Assembly (NCBI GenBank): GCA_030532025.1
Contig: JAUNLY010000001.1
Coordinates: 1-62,071, forward strand
Source of the DNA: Eubacteriales bacterium
GTDB taxonomy: Bacteria; Bacillota; Clostridia; Christensenellales; Aristaeellaceae
Reading direction: 5' to 3'
Length of the DNA stretch: 62,071 bases
The notes under the pieces were generated by a model. That model had not been told where the DNA came from. It was given only the letters and a program-made list of their open reading frames with translations, and made no database searches. Both the position numbers and the translations under genes were made by a program. Position 1 is the first letter of the stretch; each line of letters starts with the position of its first letter. Of this stretch, positions 1 through 8,013 are shown one piece after another.

Positions 1-19
1 GTTAGACGCATATCTAATT

Positions 20-46
20 AAAACCGCCTGATTTAACGGCGGTTTT
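20..46 (-). terminator. Rho-independent terminator downstream of the sugar ABC operon
   Basis: 9-bp stem AAAACCGCC(20-28)/GGCGGTTTT(38-46). On the minus strand it is followed by TTTTAATT, directly 3' of the permease stop at 92. Confidence 0.65.
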
Positions 47-91
47 ACTTTTAAATGTTTGTATATAAATTTGAATTGTTTTACGGATTTT

Positions 92-931
92 TTAGCCCTT
101 AACAGCGCCTGCAGCGACACCAAGGGTGATCTGGTTTCTAAATATAAAGTAAAATATCAGTATAGGTACCAGCGCTACAGTTAGGGAGGTGAATAGCTTA
201 CCGTAGTCTGAGCCAAGGGCACCAGCGTAGCGCCCAACCATATAGGGAATGGCCTTTAGCTGTTCAGACGATGTCATAAGGCTCATAAGCACAAACTCGT
301 TCCAAGTACTTGTAAATGTAATTATAGCAAGTGTTACAGAGACGGGCGCGCACATTGGTAAAACAACGCTTGCAAAAATTCGCAGGTAGCCGGCACCGTC
401 TATACGTGCAGCTTCGATTAGCTCGTCGGGTATACTTTTTTCAAAGTCCGTGCAAAGGTATACGCCCATGGGAAGCCCGAGTGCTATATAGGGGATAAGC
501 ACAGCAAGCCGAGTGTTGTGCAGACTTGCTGCGTTTACCATTAAAAACAGCGGTATAAGCATGGATTGCAGTGTAAGCAAAATTCCTATTATAAACAGAG
601 CATGTAAGAATTTAGTTATTTTATATTTAAGTTTTGCAAAAGCGAAGCCCGCCATGTTTGATAGCATTACGACAGCGCTTACCGTAACGGCGGCATAAAT
701 TACGCTGTTTTTAAAAAACATAAAGAAATTGCCTTGCTTCATAACAAAACTGTAGTTACCAAAGTAAATTGCGGTTGGAAACGCAAGCTTGTTGTGGGTA
801 AGGTAGTCCGTATTGGTTTTAAAGGATTGGAGTACCAGCCAAAAAATAGGATAAACGGTTAATATGGTAAACAATATCATTATTGCGTATACGACTGCCT
901 TGGCTATCGGAGATATATTACGGTTATCCAT
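92..931 (-). CDS. Carbohydrate ABC transporter permease (MalG/BPD_transp_1 type)
   Basis: Six hydrophobic segments. EAA-loop-like motif 'IEAARIDGAGYLRIFASVVLP'. I moved the start to the ATG at 931 (MDNRN...), which has AAGGAGGAGG 6 nt upstream and sits just after the stop of the upstream permease. Confidence 0.85.
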   Translation of the reverse strand: MDNRNISPIAKAVVYAIMILFTILTVYPIFWLVLQSFKTNTDYLTHNKLAFPTAIYFGNYSFVMKQGNFFMFFKNSVIYAAVTVSAVVMLSNMAGFAFAKLKYKITKFLHALFIIGILLTLQSMLIPLFLMVNAASLHNTRLAVLIPYIALGLPMGVYLCTDFEKSIPDELIEAARIDGAGYLRIFASVVLPMCAPVSVTLAIITFTSTWNEFVLMSLMTSSEQLKAIPYMVGRYAGALGSDYGKLFTSLTVALVPILIFYFIFRNQITLGVAAGAVKG

Positions 932-932
932 A

Positions 933-1835
933 TTAAGCCTCCTCCTTGTTAAACTTTTTGCCAAGCCCCATTACTATTACTATAAGTATCATGCTTATAA
1001 TAACCATAACGGTCGATATGGCATTTGCAAGCGGGTAGTTTGGTGCGCCTTGGAATGCGGATTGGTACATATACAGCGAGAGCACCCTGGTTTGCCCTGC
1101 GGGGCCGCCGTTAGTCATTGCATATAGCAGGTCGAATGTTTTAAGGGAACCGGATATTGCAAGTATTGCAGTTGTTATTATAACTCCCGCAAGTGCCGGC
1201 AGTGTTATATGCAGCAATATGTCGGATTCCTTTGCGCCGTCTATCCTTGCCGCCTCAATTACAGAGGGGTTTATGCGCTGCATGTTAGCTAAGAATATAA
1301 TCATATAAAAGCCTGTATACATCCACAGTATAACTAAAAGTACAGGCACCATAGGCTTGTTGCTTATGGTATATACGGCACTTGGGTTAAAAATGCGCCT
1401 TATATCCATCAATACCGAATTGCGTCCGTATATTATGGAGTTAAATAGCACGCCTATAATTATTGAGGATATTACGTTGGGCAGGTATATCATGGTTTGG
1501 AAAAAGCTATTTCCCCGTGAAATCAGCTTGCGAGATAAAATATATGCAAGCATAAAGCCGAGCGGTATCTGGCCAAGTACGGATACCCCGACAATAAGCA
1601 TATTGTTTTTTAGTGCCGTGTAGAAGTTGCCCGCAGGCTCTGTAAACATCCACAGGTAGCTTTTAAACCCTACAAATTGTATGTCCGGGTTACCGAATAT
1701 AGGCCCGCCGTTGTAATTTGTAAGGCTTAAAAGCACCGAAAAAATGGTAGGGAAGGTTACAACGGCCAAATATATGATTACCGCGGGCAGCACAAGCACT
1801 GCATATGCTGTCCTTTTTTCATGTCGTGTTTTCAT
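933..1835 (-). CDS. Carbohydrate ABC transporter permease (MalF type)
   Basis: Polytopic membrane protein with EAA motif 'IEAARIDGAKESDILLHITLP'. GGGGAGG RBS. Adjacent to the SBP and the second permease. Confidence 0.85.
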   Translation of the reverse strand: MKTRHEKRTAYAVLVLPAVIIYLAVVTFPTIFSVLLSLTNYNGGPIFGNPDIQFVGFKSYLWMFTEPAGNFYTALKNNMLIVGVSVLGQIPLGFMLAYILSRKLISRGNSFFQTMIYLPNVISSIIIGVLFNSIIYGRNSVLMDIRRIFNPSAVYTISNKPMVPVLLVILWMYTGFYMIIFLANMQRINPSVIEAARIDGAKESDILLHITLPALAGVIITTAILAISGSLKTFDLLYAMTNGGPAGQTRVLSLYMYQSAFQGAPNYPLANAISTVMVIISMILIVIVMGLGKKFNKEEA

Positions 1836-1880
1836 TGTAACCTCCCCATGTGTTAATATTTACCTTGTTTTAAATAAATG

Positions 1881-3215
1881 TTATTTGGAAGCTTTCCAAG
1901 CGTCAAAGGCATCTTGCGTGGCTTTTGCTACTTCTTCGGGTGTTTGTGTGCCAAGGCCTATGGCTTGCAGGCCGTCGTTCAAAGGTGTATAAACGGGGCC
2001 TTCAAAAACGCCGTCTATAACTACGGTGGCCTTGTCATACTCGGTGGCAAGGTTTGCGATAGCAACCTGTAAAGGTTCGAGCGTTAAGGAATCGTAGTCT
2101 ATATCGGTGCGGGCAGGGCCTGGCAGTCCGCCGGTTTCAAGCCTGTAAGTTAATACGTCCTTGCTTACCAGCCATTTTACAAGCCTCCATGCAGCTTCCA
2201 GCTTGGGGGAGCCGTCTTCAAGGTTGGCGTTTATGCCAAAGCCCGTGGCTATTACTGCGGAGTTTGAACGGTTGAATTTTACGCCGTCAAGGTCTATTTC
2301 GGGGAAAACTGTGAGCTTAAAGTTGTTCTGTCTTTCGGGGTCTATCAAGGCTTGGTTTGTGCTTGCATCTGTAATGAATGCGCCTACACGCCAGTCGCCG
2401 TCTATGTAGTATGCTGAAGCGTTGGTTGCAAACAGGCTCGGGCCTTCGCCGTAGCCGACTGCCAATGTTGTTCTGTCAAGAACACCGTCGTCGTACATTT
2501 GCTTTATGAAGTTAAGTGCGTTCACAAAATCAGGGTCGGTGAATTTGGCTTCACCTGAGAGTATTTTTTTCTCCCAGCCTTCGCCGCAGAAACGACCTGC
2601 TACCATTGAGAACAAGCAGCTTTGCATTACCCATGTGTCTTGGTTTGGCATAAGCACGGTTTCATAGCCCTTGGCTTTAAGAACCGGTACCTGTTCTACA
2701 AGCTCGGAATAGGTTTTTGCGGGTTCAAGACCTGCGTCTTTTAATACTTCGGTATTTACATAGAAGGTGTGGGAAGCGGTTATACCCATGGACATTATGG
2801 CTTGGTAGCCGCCTGCCTGCTGGTTGGGGTCAAGCGTTAAGGGGAGATATTCACCCTGTATTTTGTCGCGCTCAATAAGGGGCGTTAAATCTTTAAGGAG
2901 CTTCTTGGTGTGCAAGGTGGTTGAACGTCCGGATGGCCATGTGTATATTACATCGGGTAGGTTGCCCGCTGCTGCATAGGCTTCGACCGCCTGATGGAAG
3001 GGCTCGTTAAACTCGTCCTGCATTATAAGTTTAATGTCAGGATTGGCTTTTTCAAAAGCTTTCCAGATGATTTCTGTTTCGTCCATGGCGTTGGGACTTG
3101 TCATGTCGCGGTAGTTAAGTACGCGCAGTTCGATTGTTTCCTCCGCCGGTACTGCGACAAAAGCCGTAAGCATAGCCGCAACGAACACCAAAGCGAAGAT
3201 ACGTTTGAGTGTCAT
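1881..3215 (-). CDS. Extracellular solute-binding protein of a sugar ABC transporter (family 1 SBP)
   Basis: N-terminal signal/anchor sequence, with no lipobox Cys seen. Size is about 440 aa, first gene of the SBP-permease-permease operon. GGAGG RBS. Confidence 0.8.
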   Translation of the reverse strand: MTLKRIFALVFVAAMLTAFVAVPAEETIELRVLNYRDMTSPNAMDETEIIWKAFEKANPDIKLIMQDEFNEPFHQAVEAYAAAGNLPDVIYTWPSGRSTTLHTKKLLKDLTPLIERDKIQGEYLPLTLDPNQQAGGYQAIMSMGITASHTFYVNTEVLKDAGLEPAKTYSELVEQVPVLKAKGYETVLMPNQDTWVMQSCLFSMVAGRFCGEGWEKKILSGEAKFTDPDFVNALNFIKQMYDDGVLDRTTLAVGYGEGPSLFATNASAYYIDGDWRVGAFITDASTNQALIDPERQNNFKLTVFPEIDLDGVKFNRSNSAVIATGFGINANLEDGSPKLEAAWRLVKWLVSKDVLTYRLETGGLPGPARTDIDYDSLTLEPLQVAIANLATEYDKATVVIDGVFEGPVYTPLNDGLQAIGLGTQTPEEVAKATQDAFDAWKASK

Positions 3216-3263
3216 ATAAATTCCTCCATTCGGTTTTAAGGCATTCGCCTTTTTATATTTTAT

Positions 3264-3292
3264 ATTATATTCATCACATTATCTTCTGTCAA
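3264..3292 (-). promoter_or_regulatory. Consensus sigma-A promoter of the sugar ABC operon
   Basis: Minus strand reads TTGACA (3292-3287), a 17-nt spacer, then TATAAT (3269-3264), about 50 nt upstream of the SBP ATG. Confidence 0.6.
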
Positions 3293-3319
3293 ATTCTTAT
3301 GCCTTAACAACACATAAAC

Positions 3320-3356
3320 AAATTCCCTTGAAACCGATTGGTATATAAGGGAATTT
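3320..3356. other. Perfect 10-bp inverted repeat (operator or secondary terminator)
   Basis: AAATTCCCTT(3320-3329), 17 nt, AAGGGAATTT(3347-3356). It lies just upstream of the ABC-operon -35. Function is ambiguous. Confidence 0.3.
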
Positions 3357-3450
3357 CGCCTTTTTGTCTTTTTTAAAATGATGTTGTTTTTGGTGAGATT
3401 CTAATATAAATATAAATCTTAATGCCTTATAAATCAGTGTCTATATATAC

Positions 3451-3490
3451 AAAAAACCTTTCCGCATAGATGTACGAAAAGGTTTTTCTT
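3451..3490 (-). terminator. Bidirectional-looking intrinsic terminator after the TIGR00300-like gene
   Basis: 10-bp stem AAAAACCTTT(3452-3461)/AAAGGTTTTT(3478-3487), flanked by A/T runs on both sides. Confidence 0.6.
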
Positions 3491-3526
3491 GTTTTGAATT
3501 TGAGTGATTATTAATACATTTACGCC

Positions 3527-4603
3527 TTAAGGAACCAGTCTCTTGGCTATCTGTGTTACAAAGTCTTGCACGTTGGCGACTATTGTGCGGCTTGAAAGGC
3601 TGCCGCGGTCGCGGAGTTTATTTAGGGGGAATTCCGACACGTCTACGCTGTAGAAGTATACCGGACGAAGTACGCCGTCCCGTTTCCTGTAGGAGGGGGT
3701 CATATTGCCAACGGCTATTGTGTGCAGTGTTGTGGCAAGCGCTATTATTGTGGTAGCGTCCCGTACCTCATGTCGCATGGCGTCTTGAGCTTCGTATACG
3801 TCTGCGTATACGGGGGGGAGGGGACCGTCGTCCCTTATGGAGCCTGCAAGCACTATTGGGACATTTTCTTCAATACAGGTTTTTATTATGCCGTCCTTGA
3901 TATTATATTTATTTATCAAATTTTCTATAGAACCCGCTTCGCGTGCTTTGTTTATAAGGTCTAAATGGCAGTAGTGGCCGTTTATTACGCTTTCTTGGGT
4001 GTAAACGTTTTGGCCGAGTGCCGTGCCGAAAAGACCGGCTTCAAGGTCGTGCGTGGCAAGGGCGTTGCCTGTAAGAAGGGCTTGCATATAACCCGCCTTT
4101 ATAAGCTTTGACAAGGAATCCCTGGTATCGTGGTCAAAGGCGCATGCAGGGCCCATTACCCAGAGTATTTTGCCATGCTCTTTTTCGTGCTCAAGCAGTT
4201 CATAAAGCTCGTCATAGTCTTTTGAGAATGCGGTTTCGCGTGAACGGTTCTGCCTGAAAGCGAATGCCTGCTCGCTTTCTTCCGCCTGTACAAAGGCTTT
4301 TTCGTGCAGGAATATGCCGTCACTCCCGTCCTCGGTGCGGCCTACTGCGACAAGCTCTCCTTCTTTAAGGTTTCTAAATTCTTTTATAAGTATTTTGCCG
4401 CCCTCAAGCACGGGCACGCAGTCCATACGGCTTTCCTCGGCAAGGAGCCATTCGCCATCTACATTAAAGTATTCGGGGTAAATGCTCATCGCATGGAAGT
4501 TTTCGGGCGCTACGCCGTCCTTGGGGCAGGGAACAAACTTAGCGTTGGGGCAGCCTTTGAGCTGGCTAAAATCCGGTTCAGAGTATTTTGGTAGTATAAA
4601 CAT
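3527..4603 (-). CDS. TIGR00300 / LOR-SDH-domain family protein (possible ornithine-cyclodeaminase-like enzyme)
   Basis: 358 aa. Overall resemblance to the 'LOR/SDH bifunctional enzyme conserved region' family, with a Rossmann-like C-terminal half '...ILWVMGPACAFD...IVLAGSIRDDGPLP'. AGGAGG RBS. The family call is made by eye only. Confidence 0.5.
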   Translation of the reverse strand: MFILPKYSEPDFSQLKGCPNAKFVPCPKDGVAPENFHAMSIYPEYFNVDGEWLLAEESRMDCVPVLEGGKILIKEFRNLKEGELVAVGRTEDGSDGIFLHEKAFVQAEESEQAFAFRQNRSRETAFSKDYDELYELLEHEKEHGKILWVMGPACAFDHDTRDSLSKLIKAGYMQALLTGNALATHDLEAGLFGTALGQNVYTQESVINGHYCHLDLINKAREAGSIENLINKYNIKDGIIKTCIEENVPIVLAGSIRDDGPLPPVYADVYEAQDAMRHEVRDATTIIALATTLHTIAVGNMTPSYRKRDGVLRPVYFYSVDVSEFPLNKLRDRGSLSSRTIVANVQDFVTQIAKRLVP

Positions 4604-4684
4604 GCGCTTCCTCCTGTTTGTTTTTGGCGATTATAACACAAAAAACGCAAAATGTATATTTTTTTAAGATTATTCGTAATTTTT

Positions 4685-6349
4685 TTAGAACAAACCGCTT
4701 ATCTTGCCTTCTTCGTCCACGTCTATGTTTTCGGCGGAAGGTACCTTGGGAAGTCCAGGCATTGTCATAATATCGCCAGTAAGCACTACAACAAAACCGG
4801 CACCTGCGCTTATTCTTATCTCCGCAACTTCTATTTTAAATCCCTTGGGCGCACCTAATAATTTAGGGTTATCACTAAATGAATACTGCGTTTTTGCCAT
4901 ACATACGGGTAGAGATCCGAAGCCAAATTTTTGAAGTTTGTTTAATTCCCTTTTTGCCGTAGGGTTGTATTCGACACCGTCCGCATGATAAATTTTTGTG
5001 GCTATTTTTTCTATTTTTTCTGCCAGACTGTCTTCGCTGTCATAGCAGTAGCTTAATTCGGATTTTTCTTCACACAGGCGTACGACTTCTTCGGCAAGCT
5101 CTTTTCCGCCTTCGCCGCCTTTTTCCCATACTTCGCTTAGCACTGCCTTAACACCGTGTTCGCGGCAGAGTTTTTCTACAAGTTCTGTCTCTTTTTCTGT
5201 ATCGAAGGGGAAACGGTTTATAGCGACTGCGCACGGAAGCCCATATACATTTTTAATATTATCTATATGTTGAAGCAGGTTTGGAATACCCTTTTCAAGC
5301 GCTTCCAAGTTTTCGTGCGTAAGCTCGTCCTTGCTCAAGCCACCGTGCATTTTTAATGCCCTTACTGTAGCTACTATTATAACCGCGTCAGGCTTAAGAC
5401 CCGCCGTGCGACACTTTATGTCTAAGAATTTTTCTGCACCAAGGTCTGCACCGAAGCCGGCTTCCGTAACTGCATAATCTGCCGTTTGGAGTGCCATCTT
5501 GGTAGCCAAAATGCTGTTACAGCCGTGGGCTATGTTTGCAAAAGGCCCGCCGTGTATAAATGCCGCGGTACCTTCAAGCGTCTGAACAAGGTTTGGCATT
5601 AGTGCATCGCGCAAAAGTGCAGCCATGGCGCCTTGGGCTTTTAAGTCCTTGGCGGTAATTGGTTCGTTATCGTAATTGTAGCCTACTATGATGTTGCCTA
5701 AACGCTTTTTAAGATCCTGAAAGTCTTCTGAAAGGCATAAAACTGCCATAACCTCGCTTGCGACTGTTATGTTAAAGCCGTCTTGCCTTGTAACACCGTT
5801 GCCGCGAGCGCCAAGGCCGCCTATGGTTTGGCGTAAAAAACGGTCGTTCATATCTACACAGCGTTTAAGTATTATGCGTTTAGGGTCTATTTTAAGCGCG
5901 TTGCCTTGGTGTATGTGGTTGTCTACCATGGCGCAAAGCAGGTTGTTTGCCGCACCTATTGCATGGAAGTCCCCCGTAAAGTGCAGGTTTATGTCTTCCA
6001 TAGGTACAACCTGTGCGTAACCTCCGCCTGCGGCGCCGCCTTTTATGCCAAATACCGGCCCTAAAGAAGGCTCACGCAGGGCAACGCAGGTTTTCTTGCC
6101 TATCTTACTAAGGCCGTCCGCTAAACCTACCGATGTAGTGGTTTTACCTTCGCCTGCGGGGGTGGGAGTTATTGCGGTAACGAGTATTAATTTGCCTTTT
6201 TTCTTATTTTTGTCCAGGTAACTTAGCTTTACTTTTGTTTTATCAAGCCCATAGGGGACAAGGTATTCTTCCGGTATGTTATATTTTTTGGCTATAACTG
6301 AGATTTTTTCCGTTTTGACGGACTGAGCAATCTGAATGTCTGTCTTCAT
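4685..6349 (-). CDS. fhs: Formate--tetrahydrofolate ligase
   Basis: Hallmark '[15 protein letters not shown]' P-loop, full-length 554 aa, and a conserved C-terminus '...[11 protein letters not shown]'. Confidence 0.97.
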   Translation of the reverse strand: MKTDIQIAQSVKTEKISVIAKKYNIPEEYLVPYGLDKTKVKLSYLDKNKKKGKLILVTAITPTPAGEGKTTTSVGLADGLSKIGKKTCVALREPSLGPVFGIKGGAAGGGYAQVVPMEDINLHFTGDFHAIGAANNLLCAMVDNHIHQGNALKIDPKRIILKRCVDMNDRFLRQTIGGLGARGNGVTRQDGFNITVASEVMAVLCLSEDFQDLKKRLGNIIVGYNYDNEPITAKDLKAQGAMAALLRDALMPNLVQTLEGTAAFIHGGPFANIAHGCNSILATKMALQTADYAVTEAGFGADLGAEKFLDIKCRTAGLKPDAVIIVATVRALKMHGGLSKDELTHENLEALEKGIPNLLQHIDNIKNVYGLPCAVAINRFPFDTEKETELVEKLCREHGVKAVLSEVWEKGGEGGKELAEEVVRLCEEKSELSYCYDSEDSLAEKIEKIATKIYHADGVEYNPTAKRELNKLQKFGFGSLPVCMAKTQYSFSDNPKLLGAPKGFKIEVAEIRISAGAGFVVVLTGDIMTMPGLPKVPSAENIDVDEEGKISGLF

Positions 6350-6375
6350 GTTTTCACTCCTGTAAATTTTTTCTT

Positions 6376-6385
6376 ATTATAGCAC
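6376..6385 (-). promoter_or_regulatory. Possible extended -10 promoter for fhs
   Basis: Minus strand reads gTGcTATAAT about 25 nt upstream of the fhs RBS. The -35 is weak. Confidence 0.35.
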
Positions 6386-6487
6386 GGCGAAGTAAAAAAA
6401 AGAAACAGTTTTTTAAATACATAACCAGAAAAACAATAAACGCGAAGTAAATAAGTGTAAATTTACAGGCTTAAGTCTCGCCTTTTC

Positions 6488-6516
6488 TTGACATAATAAG
6501 GCGCAATAGATACAAT
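6488..6516 (+). promoter_or_regulatory. Sigma-A promoter of glyQS
   Basis: TTGACA(6488-6493), a 17-nt spacer, TACAAT(6511-6516). RBS AAGGGGG at 6530, ATG at 6544. Confidence 0.6.
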
Positions 6517-6543
6517 ATTTGTAATACTTAAGGGGGTTTTATT

Positions 6544-7935
6544 ATGCCTGAAGAAAAACTTACTATGGATAAAATGGTCGCATTATGCAAAAACCGCGGC
6601 TTTATATATGCCGGTAGCGAATTATACGGCGGTCTTGCCAACACTTGGGACTACGGTCCTCTTGGTGTGGAATTAAAAAACAACATCAAAAAAGCTTGGT
6701 GGCAGAAATTCGTGCAGGAATCCGCAACAAACGTCGGGCTGGATTCCGCCATACTTATGAACAGAGAAGTATGGGTAGCCTCCGGCCACGTGGGTACATT
6801 TAACGACCCGCTTATAGACTGCCGTGCCTGCAAGGAGCGCTTCCGTGCAGACAAAATAATAGAAGATTGGGCGCAGGCAAAAGGCCTTGAAGTGCATGCC
6901 GATGGCATGACTGACGAAGAATTAAGCGCCTATTTATCAGAAAACAAAATTCCTTGCCCCTCTTGCGGTAAGATGGATTTTACCGCTGTGCGCAAGTTTA
7001 ACCTTATGTTTAAAACGCACCAAGGCGTTACGGAAGATAGAGGGACGGAGCTTTATCTGCGCCCCGAAACCGCACAGGGTATATTTGTCAACTTTAAAAA
7101 CGTGGTACGCGCAACAAGGCGCAAATTGCCATTAGGTATAGCGCAGATAGGCAAGTCTTTCCGCAACGAGATAACGCCCGGCAACTTCATATTCAGAACG
7201 AGAGAATTTGAGCAGATGGAGCTTGAGTTTTTCTGCAAGCCGGGCGAAGACGACATGTGGTTTGACTATTGGCGCAACTTCTGTAAGGAATGGCTCTTAA
7301 ATCTTGGCATCAAGCAAGAAGCTCTGCGCACCCGTGACCACGAAAAAGAGGAGCTAAGCCACTATTCCAAGGCGACGACGGACTTTGAATTCCTGTTTCC
7401 CTTTGGCTGGGGAGAGCTTTGGGGCATAGCCAACAGGACGGATTACGACCTTAAAGCCCACCAAAACCATAGCGGCACAAACCTTGAATATATAGACCCC
7501 GTAACAAACGAGCGCTTTATACCCTACGTTGTAGAGCCCTCCTTAGGGGCTGACCGCGTGTTGCTTGCCTTCCTTTGCAATGCTTACGAAGAAGAAACTT
7601 TGGAAAACGACAGCCGTACCGTGCTTCACCTGCACCCGGCTCTTGCTCCATACAAGGCCTGCGTTTTACCGCTTCAGAAAAACAAGTTGGGGGATAAGGC
7701 ACGCGAAGTAAGGGATAATTTAAGCAAATACTTCCTTGTGGATTATGACGAATCCGGCTCCATAGGCAGGCGCTACCGCCGCCAAGACGAAATAGGCACG
7801 CCCTATTGCATAACGGTGGACTTTGATACATTAGAAGACAATACCGTTACCGTGCGCGACAGAGACAGCATGGAGCAGGTGCGCATAAATATAGACGAGC
7901 TTAAGAGCTTTATAGAAGAAAAGCTTTTGTTCTAA
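6544..7935 (+). CDS. glyQS: Glycine--tRNA ligase (homodimeric class II, GlyQS type)
   Basis: 463 aa. '[14 protein letters not shown]', '[13 protein letters not shown]' and '[25 protein letters not shown]' are class II motifs typical of GlyRS. Confidence 0.95.
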   Translation: MPEEKLTMDKMVALCKNRGFIYAGSELYGGLANTWDYGPLGVELKNNIKKAWWQKFVQESATNVGLDSAILMNREVWVASGHVGTFNDPLIDCRACKERFRADKIIEDWAQAKGLEVHADGMTDEELSAYLSENKIPCPSCGKMDFTAVRKFNLMFKTHQGVTEDRGTELYLRPETAQGIFVNFKNVVRATRRKLPLGIAQIGKSFRNEITPGNFIFRTREFEQMELEFFCKPGEDDMWFDYWRNFCKEWLLNLGIKQEALRTRDHEKEELSHYSKATTDFEFLFPFGWGELWGIANRTDYDLKAHQNHSGTNLEYIDPVTNERFIPYVVEPSLGADRVLLAFLCNAYEEETLENDSRTVLHLHPALAPYKACVLPLQKNKLGDKAREVRDNLSKYFLVDYDESGSIGRRYRRQDEIGTPYCITVDFDTLEDNTVTVRDRDSMEQVRINIDELKSFIEEKLLF

Positions 7936-7939
7936 ATTA

Positions 7940-7964
7940 AATCGCCTTGGTTTACAAGGCGATT
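7940..7964 (+). terminator. Perfect 10-bp hairpin after glyQS (weak or partial terminator, no U-tract)
   Basis: AATCGCCTTG(7940-7949), a 5-nt loop, CAAGGCGATT(7955-7964). It is followed by GCTTGC, not by Ts. Confidence 0.4.
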
Positions 7965-8013
7965 GCTTGCAGATTAGGCAGTATATACCCACACCGCAGG
8001 AAAGGAGAATATT

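Noticed and set aside
6350-6543. A T-box leader upstream of glyQS, or a ZTP/THF-type riboswitch upstream of fhs, in the divergent 194-nt spacer.
   Set aside because: The mapped promoters leave 5' UTRs of only about 20-30 nt on each side. No specifier, T-box or pseudoknot consensus sequences are visible, and the spacer is too short for either element.
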